A stretch of 63,145 nucleotides of DNA, counting the filler, from Octopus bimaculoides (lineage: Eukaryota): the NCBI RefSeq assembly GCF_001194135.2. It is 4 parts of 3 records of this genome, joined end to end, with 100 filler letters (N's around TTAATTAATTAA, not from the genome) between each part and the next. Parts side by side here need not be neighbours in the genome. Positions count along the whole stretch, not along the records: positions 24,415 to 54,903 come from NC_068998.1; 3 more parts are not named here. One strand, written 5' to 3'. Made by a program: the position numbers and the translations under genes. This document shows positions 28,212 to 41,500 of this stretch, in pieces (position 1 is the stretch's first letter; every line of letters starts with the position of its first letter). The notes under the pieces are model-generated. The model was not told the origin of the DNA. It saw only the letters and a list, made by a program, of their open reading frames with translations, and ran no database searches.

Positions 28212-31200
28212 GTGAGCAGTTTTTCTAAAATTGTAAGAAATGTGTTTTTATAATGTTACTGATTATTCTTTCAACATAAAAATATTCGTACCAACTTTGC
28301 CATTTTTTCATTAATGATGATCTACATTACTAAATACATAACACTGATCACATGACCTAATACATCAGTTACTGATGTAGATTTTTAATTAGTTATTATA
28401 TTGTTGTTGTCATGTTTCATCATCATCAACATTTAATATTTATTTTCCATGTTGGTATGGGTTGGATGGTTTGACAGAAACTAGCAAGGCCAGGGGCTGC
28501 TCCAGGTCCCATAGTTTGTTTTAGCTTGGTTTCTACTGTTAGATGCCCTTCCTAATGCCAACCACTTTGCAGACTGTACGGGTGTTCCTTTATGTGACAT
28601 CAGCACACACATCAATGCTTTTTTATGTCGCACCTTGATTTTAGGATTTGAGTGCTATTGTGGTGGGCAGGTCTTCTTGAATACAGCAATGCACCTCATA
28701 TCCCAGTCCTGTCATCTCTTTCGTGCTCCTTGATCAAAAATGCTGTCATCCTTCTCTAAAACATTTGCATTTAGTTAATTCCTATACCAAAATCCAACAA
28801 AGAATTTACCACCTCAGCTGTATGCCCATTGCTTATAACAATGTACTTTGCTATGAAACCCAGCCTCAAGAAAATAAATAAGAGACTGAAATAAATTTAT
28901 TCTACATCCATAGCATCCTTTCCAACTACCCTGAAGAGATCAATTTTATTATCAACCACTTCCTCACAGATACTTTGTTTTATTACACTCCATCATGTAT
29001 TGCTATTACAATAGATTTTTCTCCTCTGAACAAGGAAGCTGTTTATTACTTCCATCCCTAACCACCCAATGCCCTGTCTTCTCCTCTCATCATCTCTACG
29101 GCATCTCATCCTTCTAAATGAATATTATGTACTTTTCTCAATACTCCCCTTCCGAAGTTCCATTCCACTGGAACTCTTACCCTACTATATTACCCCACCA
29201 GCATTAATTTTCATTGATCTCACCAGTCTGGTGTGATCTCTAAGAAATCATGGACAGTGTTTCTACTTCAACCAAATGATATTAAAAAAAATCCCAGAGG
29301 CTATTATTTTTTTCCTTTATACTTCCATTGTTTTTTCCTATCCTTGAATTTTCTAGTCTGGATGACCTTGACAGGAGTTTAATCTCGTGCTGGTATTCTT
29401 TTTGAGTCTTAAAATACACAAACTGCACCATGTTAATAAATCAGTATGCATACTGCATTCTGCTGATAAAGCAGTGCATATGCAGGAGAGAATTGCATAA
29501 GCTGTTTGACTTGGAAATTCAGCATTCAACAGAAGAGATTTTACTTGATTTCTATTGATCAAATTGATAATCTTGTTTTTCTTTCCATTTCCCTTTCTAC
29601 AACCACTTTTCCATACTTTCGTGAGGGATAGTTTATTCATTAGAACCATTGATTTATGGTTGTGTACCCTTTCCAACTGCTAACCACTTAACCATGAAGT
29701 AGGAGCATAGTAAGGTTTTTCTTTTCTTTTCCTTCATTCTTGCAACTTGTAGGGTCTAGATATATATATACAATATAGTGAGTTAAAAGACATCAATTAA
29801 CTGAGAATATCTATGCAATTCATCATCCTTTAATGTCTACTTTCCATGCTAGCATGGGCTGGATGGTTTGACTGGAATAAACCATCTCGTCTGTTTTGGC
29901 ATGTTTTCTACTGCTGAATGCCCTTCCTAATGCCAGCCATTTAATAGTGTAATGGGTGCTTTTACATGGCACCAGCATGGGCGCTTTTCCATGTGACACC
30001 ACATGAGTGCTCTTTACATGACACTGAGACAGGTGCTTTTTACTTGGCACCAGCACCCATGAGCCTGTGAGACAGAGGCCTCTCAGCTGAGGGAGGGAAT
30101 ATGGGACAAGGCTGTAAAGGACATACCTGTATGTATGGGTGGTTGCAGTTTTACTGAGCTTGACATGTCTTCCCAAGCACAGCAAATCACCAGAAATCTT
30201 GGTCCTGTGTCATTTCTTCAGATTAGTAGACAAAAACTCCTTATATAGTTATCTAAAATCTATGAACAACAAACATTGAATATAACTAATTATATAAACC
30301 AACTGAAACTTTGGAAAATAAAGAAATGTGAATAGGAGTGAATCTTCTAAAGCCAGCTGGTGAAAGTAACATAGCTATTTCAGCAAAGCATTCCGTTCTG
30401 TTCCCCAAACTTAGAAGTAATGGAATTGATCAGGAATATAAACAAACAGGCTAAAGAAAGTACTTCAATGGAGATAAATAGTTACTAAACATAAGGTTGA
30501 AAAAATTTGGAGCTTTAAAGTTTAGGTTGCTTGAAATGATAGTAGTTACTTGATTTTTAGATTTTTAAATGTGTCTCCAGAAACTTCTTGTTTTCAGCTT
30601 GGATCGATAATCTTAGTTAATTGAACATAGAGCTATAAAAGCTAGGAGAAGAAAAGAAATATCAAAGGAGAATATCAAGTTGGTAGAGGCAGGGCCAGCA
30701 CTAGGAAGTGTAGAGCCCAATTAGAGAATTGTTAGTGGGAGCTTCTACTCTACAAAAGCTGAAGATTGATGTTTTATGTTTCATGTCATTTGCCAGTCCC
30801 ATCCAAAAAGCATTGAGCACTTCCAGCTCCACCGTTAGCCACAGTGATATACTAAAAGTTCATCGTAGCATCCTTTGCTCAAACATGTGCATGGGGCCCT
30901 CTCTTGGTGTAGGGCACAATTTGAACAAATCTGTCTAATTGGCTTCAAACTGGCCCTGGGTAGAAGTGACATTAAATGTCACTTGCAACTGAATCAAAAC
31001 CTTAACTGCAACAATATCACAGGGAATGGGCAGACATTTAGAAGAAAACAGCTTGTTTCCAAAAGAGCAGAAGGGATGTTGCAAAAGTTCATATGGCTGT
31101 AAAGATCATTTATTGAAGACAGAAAGAAAAAGAAGGGTCTATGCATGACTTGGATTAATTTCTGAAAGGCTTTGACAGTGTTCCCCACACATGGATCCTG

Positions 31201-34200
31201 GAAACATTAGCCACAGACAAAGTAGCACCAACAATATTCAAATATAAAACATGCCATGAATAAATGGCAAATAGTGTTGCAGCTCCAGACAAAAGAGGGA
31301 ATCATAAAAACTAAATCCATCCCCATCAGAAGAGGAATATTCCAACAAGAATTGCACTCTCCACTCCTTTTCTGCTTGGTACTGTGCCTTTAACTGACAT
31401 GCTGAGCAGAATTGGATGTGGCTACAACTGCTATGGTAAAACAATCGACCATCTCTTACATATGGACGATCTAAAATTGTATACTGCAAATGATAACTGG
31501 AAATATTACTACAGACAGTACATTCATTTACCATAGAAATAATATGATGTTCAGCTTAGAAAAATGTGCAAAAGCAACATTGAAAAGACGAAAACTAGTT
31601 AAAAGTAGCAATACCACACTAAATAAAGCAAATTAAATAAGAGAATTAAACCAAACCCAGACATACAAATACTTAGGAATCAATGAACTAAATACAGTAC
31701 AACATACACAAATGAAAGAGAAGATAAAGAAGGAATCCTATAGACAAGTTAGATAAATACTTAAAGCAGAATTCAATGCAAAAAAAAAAAACAAGATAAT
31801 AGGTATCAATACTCTAACTGTCCCAGGTATAAGTTACAGTTGATTGGACACTAGATAAACTAACCAAACTAGGCAGGAAAACAAAAAAAATAATTATGGA
31901 ATGCTCCACCCAAAATACCATGATAAAATGATAACATGAAAATCCCTTACATGGCAAATACTGGGTTAAGCTAAACAGAAAGGAAATAGACAAAATAAAA
32001 TTCCAACAATAGTTGAGAAGCTCAGGCCTAAAAGCAGAGATTGAAGGATTTTTAATTGCAGCACAAGATCAAAGCCTCCCCGTCAGAAACACATAATGAA
32101 GAAAAATGCAAGTAACTACAGAATATGTGGTTATGAGGAAGAAACAATAAATCATATTGTCTCTGGCTACACAGTCCTGGTTGAGAAGAAAAATATCCAC
32201 ACACTTGACAGAGTTGGGACCTATATACACTTGAAGCTATACCAGCACTATGGAATGACAACAGAAAATAGGTTGTTTAGATATATCCCAGAAAAGGTCT
32301 CAGAAAATGACAAAGCAATCATACTCTAGGATACGTCAAGACACACAGAAAGAGAGAGATCTAGGCTAATAGACCAGATATAGATGTTAGAGATCATCAA
32401 TAAGAAAAAACGCCTTCTAATTGACATATCAATTCCAACAAATGACTGTATCTCTAAAAGAAACAGAGAAACTCTCAAAATACAAAGATCTGGAAATAGA
32501 GATAGCCTGAATGTGAACCCTAAAAACTGAAACAATCCCTATGATAATAGATGCACAAGGTGTGAGTAAAAACCATTCAGACATATAACCAAAACACCAG
32601 GTCTTATGAATATGTACAACATACAGAAAATAGCACTACTAGGCACTGCATACATCCTACATAACACACTTTCAATACAGTGAAAATAACAACACCAGAA
32701 CAAATCGCAGCACATATCCAAGGCACTCAGAGCTGCGCTCAGTTGTGCAGTGAAAGCATATGATGAAAATAAGACTACTGAATAACAAGGATAATAATAA
32801 TAGTAATAACAACAACAATAATAATAATTTTATTGTCCAATATTGCCAGCAATAGTATTGTTTCTGAACATAAAAGAACAGAGAAGATTAACAGTGTTAA
32901 TATTGACTAAAGTTCAATATTATTGGCATATATGAGTGAACAACAAATCAATAACAATACCTGTAACTTAGTTTTTGCCACTTTATACTTTTGTATGAAA
33001 GAGTTCAATAAATCAAACAAAGTTCCTGATTTGTTTTCATATCTTGAAAGAATATCACATTGGAGATTTAATATCCAGCATATATATTTTATGAGAGAGA
33101 TTGTAATACTGGAGGTTTAATGCTTGATGAGGAATCCAATGCGAAGGCCTTAAATTAATTGCTTTGTTTCCGAGGAGGTAAGTAAATGGCTTGCCAGAAA
33201 CTAAAATACTGGGGTTCAAGACCAGGCTGAGCCATTTTACTTCCCATATTTCTCATACGTGTGAAAGATCAAGTGAACCTTTGCATACTCACTCAACCAA
33301 ATAGGAAATGCAGCTAAATTCTCTAAAAATCATCCTACAGTCTCAGAAAGGAACAACATTTTGGATATCATAGCTCCAGATATACAAAAATATGCAAAAA
33401 GTCACTGCCAGAAAACTTTAGATCTGTTCAATAAGAGACCTGAGCAACAGTTATGGTTTAGTTATTAATGTCGACAGCCTGGAGACAATGAGTAGTATCT
33501 ACTCAGTCAACCTACCCTTGATACACAATATGATGGCACAGCTTTCACTAGTATGACTTAGTGATGCATTGTTGAATAAGGAACATTTCTAGTTAGAATA
33601 GTGAGGTAGCAGTGACTAACTAAATACTTTGCTGTTTACATATTCCACTTCTTACTTGAGTATAACTCTATAGATATAAATTTGCCTAAGTCCACCCCTG
33701 GTTCTGCAATAGAAAACTGTCTGTTCAAAAGTATTCATTGAGAATATGGTTATGAAAGGTTTAAATGCCATTTCCAAGATTATTAAGACATGCTTCAGTA
33801 ATGTTTTGTTTTGTTCTTGTTTCTCTCCACCTTCATTCATAACTGGCCATAGGTTGCCAGTGCAGATGTGACAGACTCTGTTGTAGAAATTACGTCTGTG
33901 TGGTCATTGATCTATTGGCATTACTGGACACCTTTCTGAATGCCTGCTTTTCTTTTGCAGCATCTATCAGCTTCTCTTCTCATATCTTAAGGTACCAGTT
34001 TAGGATACCCCTCCATCTCATCCAGTACTACAAATATACTACAGTCAAGTTCATCACTAATGCTTTATTTTATCCTTTCTTCAGTTAACAAATGTGTGTG
34101 TTGCATTGTATTAATGTGAAAAATCAATATTAGACAAGTATATTGCTTTATAGTTTTATACCTGGAGAGATTATCACTTGCTGGTTTGATATTTCTTGAG

Positions 34201-35471
34201 ATATATTGCACTGTAAGCTTTGTATTTGTAGAGCATATCAGATACTTGAGATTTATATTAGACGTGTGCCATGCTTAGATATGCTGAAAGAATCATCACA
34301 CTGAAGAAGCCTCTGTTCCATGAGTGGAAGTCCTCCATGTAAAATAATATCAGAAGAGAGTTGTATGTGATAGACTAGCATCCTGTCCATTGGGAAATCT
34401 GTCTCTCTTTCACTTAGTGCTGGGAAAATAAGCTGTAAACATCAATTGTAGAGAAAGTTATGGTTCAGTAAAGGATTAGCTAACAAGCTAGCTTAACAAA
34501 TAATCTGATGCAAGATTGAGCTGTAGTTTCTCTAGTTCCAACATGTTCACTTTTAAAGTGGTATCAAACCTACAGAAGTAGAAGTATCAGTATCATTATG
34601 TTATGCAATATAACTGTTGATAGAATATATCTTTTTTCTGTTTTGTATACGTTTAAAATGTATGAGATATAGTATTTGATATAAGTCAATGGGGAGGTTT
34701 TAATCATAAACTTTCATTTTGTTTTCTTTATCTGTTCTCTTCCCTCAGGTTCCCAATCCAAGCCCACACCACAGTGGTACTACTTTGTATGATAATTGGA
34801 AACACCAGTACCCTGAAGAAGATGAGCCAAAGTAAGTTTTACTATTATTGGCATTGACAGTATATTTAGAGCATCAGTAAAATGCTTTGCAGTATTTATT
34901 CCAGCTTTTTCTGTCCTGAGTTCAAATTCTACTATGGTCAGTTTTGCCTTTCATCCCAAACATTTACTGGAGGTGGTGGTATTGTCTAACTCCATCCCCT
35001 CAAAACTGCTGGCCTTGTGCCTGAATTTAGAAACAATTAATATTGGAGTGGCAGAATCATTAAGTCGTTGGACAAAATTCCATGAGGCATTTGCTCCTGC
35101 TCTTTACAGTTCAAACCCCACTGGTTCAACTTTTTCTTTCATCTCTCTACAGTTGATAAAATAAAGTACCGGTCAAAGAGTGAGTTTGATTTTATCAACT
35201 AACTCCTATTTCCCATTAATTTCTAGCTTTGCATTTAGAGAGAGCACACAGCTAGAAATTTGGTGAAAGAAGTCAGTTGATTAATATTTACGAGCTGTAC
35301 CCGTGGAAATTCCTGGTTATTTTGAAAATTGAATGATGATATAACATATTTTTCTGAAACATTTGATTCTTGAAAAGATGTAAAAATCCACATAGGCAAT
35401 ATTGAATTGAAGAGACAATCAATCAGTCTACCTACCTACCTACATACCTACCTACCTGCCTGCCTGCCTGC

Positions 35472-35510
<39 letters not shown>

Positions 35511-38500
35511 CCTACCTACATATGTATCAACTTATCTATCTATCTACTTACAGACCTATCAACTGTCTATCTGTCTACCTCAGTGTTTCCAACATGAGGC
35601 ATGGGGAAATAGGGGTGGGGCATGTGTTAGCATGGGTTGTGAACATTTTTGCAAGTGGCTTGAGCACATACTTGTCGATCCTTAAGCTTATCTTTGGACA
35701 TTTAAATGAAAAAAAAAAACATCATGCAATATTTATACTCAAACCATGGGAATCAATGTAGCTGTGACCAATCAGCGTACCGAGTGAGGTATCTGCATTT
35801 GCTAAGGGTTTGTTTCTGTTTCAATATCTATTGTCCAGTGTCAAGCATTTATAAAAGCAGTAGTCAGCTCCACTCACTATTGCTGATTGATGCTACAAAT
35901 CCCTTTCTTTCTACACTGTGCAAAAATTGTCATCTCCATTGCTTCATAATTTATTTTGGATTTGTGTCAGCCCTTTTTTAAAATGAGTAAACAAAGTAAG
36001 AAGACTCATCAATATTCGGTGGAGTTTTTGAAGTTTGGGTTTATTCCCTATGACCATGATAAGTGTAAACCGCTTTGCTTATTGTGTCATCAGAAAATGA
36101 GCAATGAGTCAATGAAGGCAGGGAGACTAAAAGCTCACTTGAGGATAAGTCAACCCAAGAATTCTAATTCAAATTTGGAGTACTTCAAATCACTGAAAGA
36201 AAATTTTGAAAACCAAACAAAACTCACTTCACTATTTGCTGCACAACATGCATCCCACATTTGTGCCCTTGAAGCCAGCTATGAAATCTCCCCACTTATA
36301 GTAAAACATAGAAAGAATCACACTATTGGAGAGCAACTGATTAAATCAGCTATCTCAGTATTCTTAAAAACTGTATAACAAAAGGATGATGGAGATGTTA
36401 GGGTCATGCCACTCAGTAATAACATTGTCTCCAACAGAATTGATGAACTGGGGCAAGATGTTGAAAACCAGCTTATTGAGACATTAAAATCACGAAAATT
36501 CTCATTACAAATGGATGAATTCACATTTCAGGACAGTGAGGCCCTGTTATTGACTTATGTGAGATATATTGAACATGAGGCTTTTCAGGGAGAAATGTTG
36601 TTTTGCAAATCATTGGAAACAATCACAACTGCAAAGTACATCCAAAACAAAACTTAAAAGTTATTTGGATGCAAACAAAATATCAAAAGAAAACTTACTA
36701 TCATGCACGGCAGATAGTGCACCTGCTTTGATGAGCAAGAAAATGGGATGCTTAAAAATGATGAAGGATGAAAATTCAAACATGTTGATTCTCCACTGCG
36801 TCATACACCAAGAAAACTTGGTTGCCAAAAAATTGTCCCCTGTTTTTAATGAGATTCTATGTGCTGTGATCAAGTGTGTCAATAGCATTAAAGCAAATCC
36901 CAAAGCCAAACATCTATTTTAGCAGTTTTGTGTAAATCAAAGTGCCGAGCATGTTTGATTGCTGCTTCATACAGAAGTAAGGTAGCTATCAAGTGGAAAT
37001 AGCTTAAGAAGGTTCTTGGAATTATTGGATCAGCTTAACGACTTTCATAGTGACAAATGTGAAATGAAAATGGATGGAAAAGCATTTGTCAGTTATTTGA
37101 CAGACATCTTTGAGAAACTTGGAAACTTGAATAAACAACTCCAAGGTGCAGACATGATGCTTGTTGATGTGAAAACAAAGATTTTTGGATTCATTACAGC
37201 CCTTGAAATATGTCAAAAAATGCTTCCAAAAGAAATTTCAGTCAGTTATACTGGTTGAGTAAATGTAAGATAACAAATGATGCTACCACTGTAATTATTA
37301 ATCATTTGAATTTCTTAATAAAGGACTTCAACGACAGATTTTGTGATTTGAAGGCAATGAATTTTCCCTCCTGGTTAACTCAGCCACTGCTGATTGATAT
37401 TTCTGATGCTGCAGTTCAATACTAAGAAGAGTTAGCAAAATTGCAACGTTATGAATCAGTGAAGACTTTGTGACGGGGTTAAAAGAAAATACCCCAGTAT
37501 CTCTACATCAGCAAGAGAGCTATTGATTCATTTTCCTTCGTCTTATTTGACCAAATATGGATTCAGTACAGTTGAAAATTTGCTGGAAGACAAGCAAAAC
37601 TAACTTGAAATTACAAAACATGGCAATTTACTCTCTCTCTTTTTCTCTTTTACTTGTTTCAGTCATTTGACTGTGGCCATGTTGGAGCACCGCCTTTAGT
37701 CGAGCAAATCGACCCCAGGACTTATTCTTTGAATGCCTAGTACTTATTTTAACGGTCTCTTTTGCCGAACCGCTAAGTTACAGGGACGTAAACACACCAG
37801 CATCGGTTGTCAAGCGATGTTGGGGGGACAAACACAGATACACACATACATATATATATATATATGCATATATACGACGGGCTTCATTCAGTTTCTGTCT
37901 ACCAAATCCACTCACAAGGCTTTGGTCAGCCCGAGGCTATAGTAGAAGACACTTGCCCAAGATACCATGCAGTGGGAATGAACCCGGAACAATGTGGTTG
38001 GTAAGCGAGCTACTTACCACACAGCCACTCCTGCACCTATAGTTACGGCTAAAGTTAACAAAATTGTCTCCTCAGATAAAAGATCTGTGCCATATGCACC
38101 AGGCACAGGGTTCTCACTAAATGAGTTGAGGTATCCATCAGCTAGGTAATTGAATTAAAAAATCGTGTTTCTATATAAAAAAAAAATGTTGATGAGCACC
38201 AGATTTTCATTATTAAAAAGTGGGGCACTGGTAAAAAAGGGTTGGGAAACACTGATCTACCTATTTATCCACCTATCAACCTATCTAACCATCTATCTAT
38301 TTGTTGACCAACTTGCATATCCATCCATCCATCCATCCATCCATCTATCTATCTGTCTGTCTGTCTGTCTATCTATCTATATCTATCTCTATCTTATTCT
38401 ACTTACATTTCTGTTGATGAAACAGACTAACATTTAAACCAAATAACTAAAAAAAAAACTAAATAATTGTGGTACCCCAGCATGGCCTCAGTCTTTGGGC

Positions 38501-41500
38501 TGCTACACATAAAAAGGCAAAAGTAACATCCGCAGCTATTTGCTCAGGTTATTTCACTTTGATTTACCTTTGAACAGCTGTTGAATTTCTATAGTTTTCG
38601 TTTTTCTTTTTCTTTCCCTTTTCTTTCTCTTTATTTCTTCTTTTGATTTTTCTTCTCTTTTTCTTTTTACTTTATCGTTTTTTTTCTTTCTTTTACCTTG
38701 ATTTAACTGTGTTGAAATATCTAGAAGGTATAGAAATGGTTGAACATTGAAACCTGTAACAACAACTAGTCTTTTATTTTTATTGTCCGTCACAATATCC
38801 TATTATATGTTTAAAATCATATAGCGGTTTTCCACTCATGCTTTCCTTTTCATCAACACACACACACACACACACACACTCTCTCTCTTTCTCTCTCTGT
38901 TTGCTTCTCAGTTCAGCTATACCACATGCCCCTGCATTTAACATATTTATATCTCTCTCTACTTTCTACCTCTTTTCTCAACTATTTCTCACTCCTAAGC
39001 ACTAACTCTCTCTCTCACTTTTCATTTTCCCTTGAACTAACCATTTGACAGTGTCTTTGCACAATAACTATTACTTTCTGCTTACCTCATATCTTTAACA
39101 CTTCTCTCTTCCTCTCTTTCTCCCTCTTCTTCTCTTGCTTTTCACCTCTCCCTCCAGCTAATCATGTGACACTGTTACGCATTTGGCCTTAGCATATCAC
39201 TATATAGATTAATGATAAGAAAATACCATGAAAATGGGCAGTAGATTGACAGAATCATTAGAACATCAGTTAAAATGCCTTGCAGTATTTGTTCTGGTTC
39301 TTTGCATTCTAGGTTCAAATCAACTTTGACTTTCATCTTTTCTGGGTCTACAAAAGAAAATACCAATCAGGTACTGGGAGTTTTTTATTGTTCACATCTC
39401 AAGACTTTGGTGTTTACTGAGATGTGGGCCATGGCTGGACAGTTTTTACACAGAGGACTGCAAACAAATTATAACATTTGCTTACAGTTAGCTCACAATG
39501 TCAAGACATGATGACCTGGACACACACACATACTCATGCTCTCTCTCACATACACATGTGTGTGTGTGTGTTTGTATGTATGTATGTATGTATTCAGGCT
39601 AAATTTGACAGTTTGCATAAAAGGAATAGAAAATATCCCATCTAAAATTAAAAGCATTTTTTTTTTAAATAAAAAATTATCGACTAGATTATGGCTGGAA
39701 GATAACAGTGTACTCAAAGTAGCCACCCTCAGATTAAATGATGGTTCCAGAACCTGGTGCAGGCTTTTCTTGCTATGTCCCTGGGAAGATCTTCAAACAC
39801 CCCTTGATCTTGGCCATGAGCTTGTCCTTGGTGTTGCAGGCAGAGTGCTTCGTGTCTTTGTCAACTGTGTCCAGTACAGAGTAATTCCATGGGATTGCAA
39901 CTGGAGAAATTAAGAGGCCAGAAATTCTTCCACAATCACTTTTGACTCTTTCTGGAGATATGGCAAGGAGCTGAATCCTGCTGCTACATCTATAGCCTTT
40001 CAGCAGCAAGCTTCTCTAGCCAGGTTTTGATCATAGTCTCCAGCAGTTTCACATAGCTGTCTGAATTGAGCCTAAGGTCCTGTCCATCAGTTGCATGTGG
40101 ATGCAGTGAAAATACCTGTTGTGTCCCTTCTTACTGACCATGGTTTTGTAGACTCTGTCGCTGTTGTCCATGTCACATCTTATAATCTTTACAGTGTTCA
40201 CAGAGTAATGATTAACAGTTGTGATGTCTGCATTTTGACACCTGGCATGAATGATCTTGATATAGGTAGCTTTTTTCCAATATTCAGATGGCTTCCATTC
40301 CTCCATGTCAGCTAACTTTTTCTCAACTACAGTTTTGATCTTTATGCTCTTCAACATCATTGACTATTTACCAATAGAGCAAGCTGTGTTTGATAAAAGG
40401 AGACCCATGTTAGTATTGCAAAATGAACGACCAAGTTAGTGATTAATATTATTTAATAGTGTTTGCTGTTTCATTTTACCAAAATTAGAGTATGTAAATA
40501 TTGGTTTCAAATTTTGGCCAGCAATTTTGAAGGAGGTATAATTCAATTACACCAACCTCAGGATGAAAGGCAAAGTCAACCTCAACAAAACCTCAACTCA
40601 CAACGTAATATGCAGACAAAATCCTGCCAATCATTTTACATGGCATGCTAATGATTCTGCCAGCTCACTGCCTTTAGTGTATATAAATACAATACTTGGT
40701 ATAAATTACCAGCAATCACTTAAGGATTATATTGTATTGTAGCCACTTAACGATCAACAGATAAACTATTGCATTGCTGTCAAACAGGATCAAGTATCAC
40801 ACTGAAATTTGATGTTTATGATGAGAATTAATTAATAGGTGACAAAGGAAACTATAATTTATATTTAAATCTTAACTATTCATTTATAATAATACATAAG
40901 TATGTAAAAGGATGTGTTTGTGCAGGCACGGATGAGTAAAATATGCATGCACACACACACACACACACACACATTTTTGCCAGCTGATTGGACTGGAGTA
41001 ACATGAAATAAAGTGTCTTGCTGAAGGACACAACACACTGCCAGGAATCAAACTTGCTCTTGGTAGTTAAGGTAATCCTGCATTCATGGAGTTCCTTCAT
41101 AGGACTTGAGTGAAGTGCATAGCTTAGTGGTTAGGGTATTTGGCTCATGATTGTAAGGTAGTGAGTTTGATTCCTGGCAGTGTGTTGTGTCCTTGAGCAA
41201 GACACTTTATTTCATGTTACTCCAGTCCAATCAGCTGGCAAAAATGAGAAGTATTTGTATTTCAAAGGACCAGCCTTGTTACATTCTGTGCCATGCTGAA
41301 TCTCCCTGAGAACTACATTAAGGGTACACATGCTTATGGAGTGCTCAGCCATTTGCACATTAATTTCATGAACAGGCTGTTTTGTTGATCAGATCAACTG
41401 GAACCCTCATTGTCATAACCAATGATAGGTCTTAAATGATTGTCCTCAACTATCAGTATGTCTCATTTCATACCTGTTGTATATTGTTTTACATGCTGTA

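Noticed and set aside
29353-29676. 107-aa minus-strand ORF with a faint TE-like flavour
   Set aside because: No ordered conserved motifs; cannot be assigned without a search.
41110-41185. tRNA-like A and B boxes
   Set aside because: No cloverleaf or acceptor stem; this is a SINE head, not a tRNA gene.
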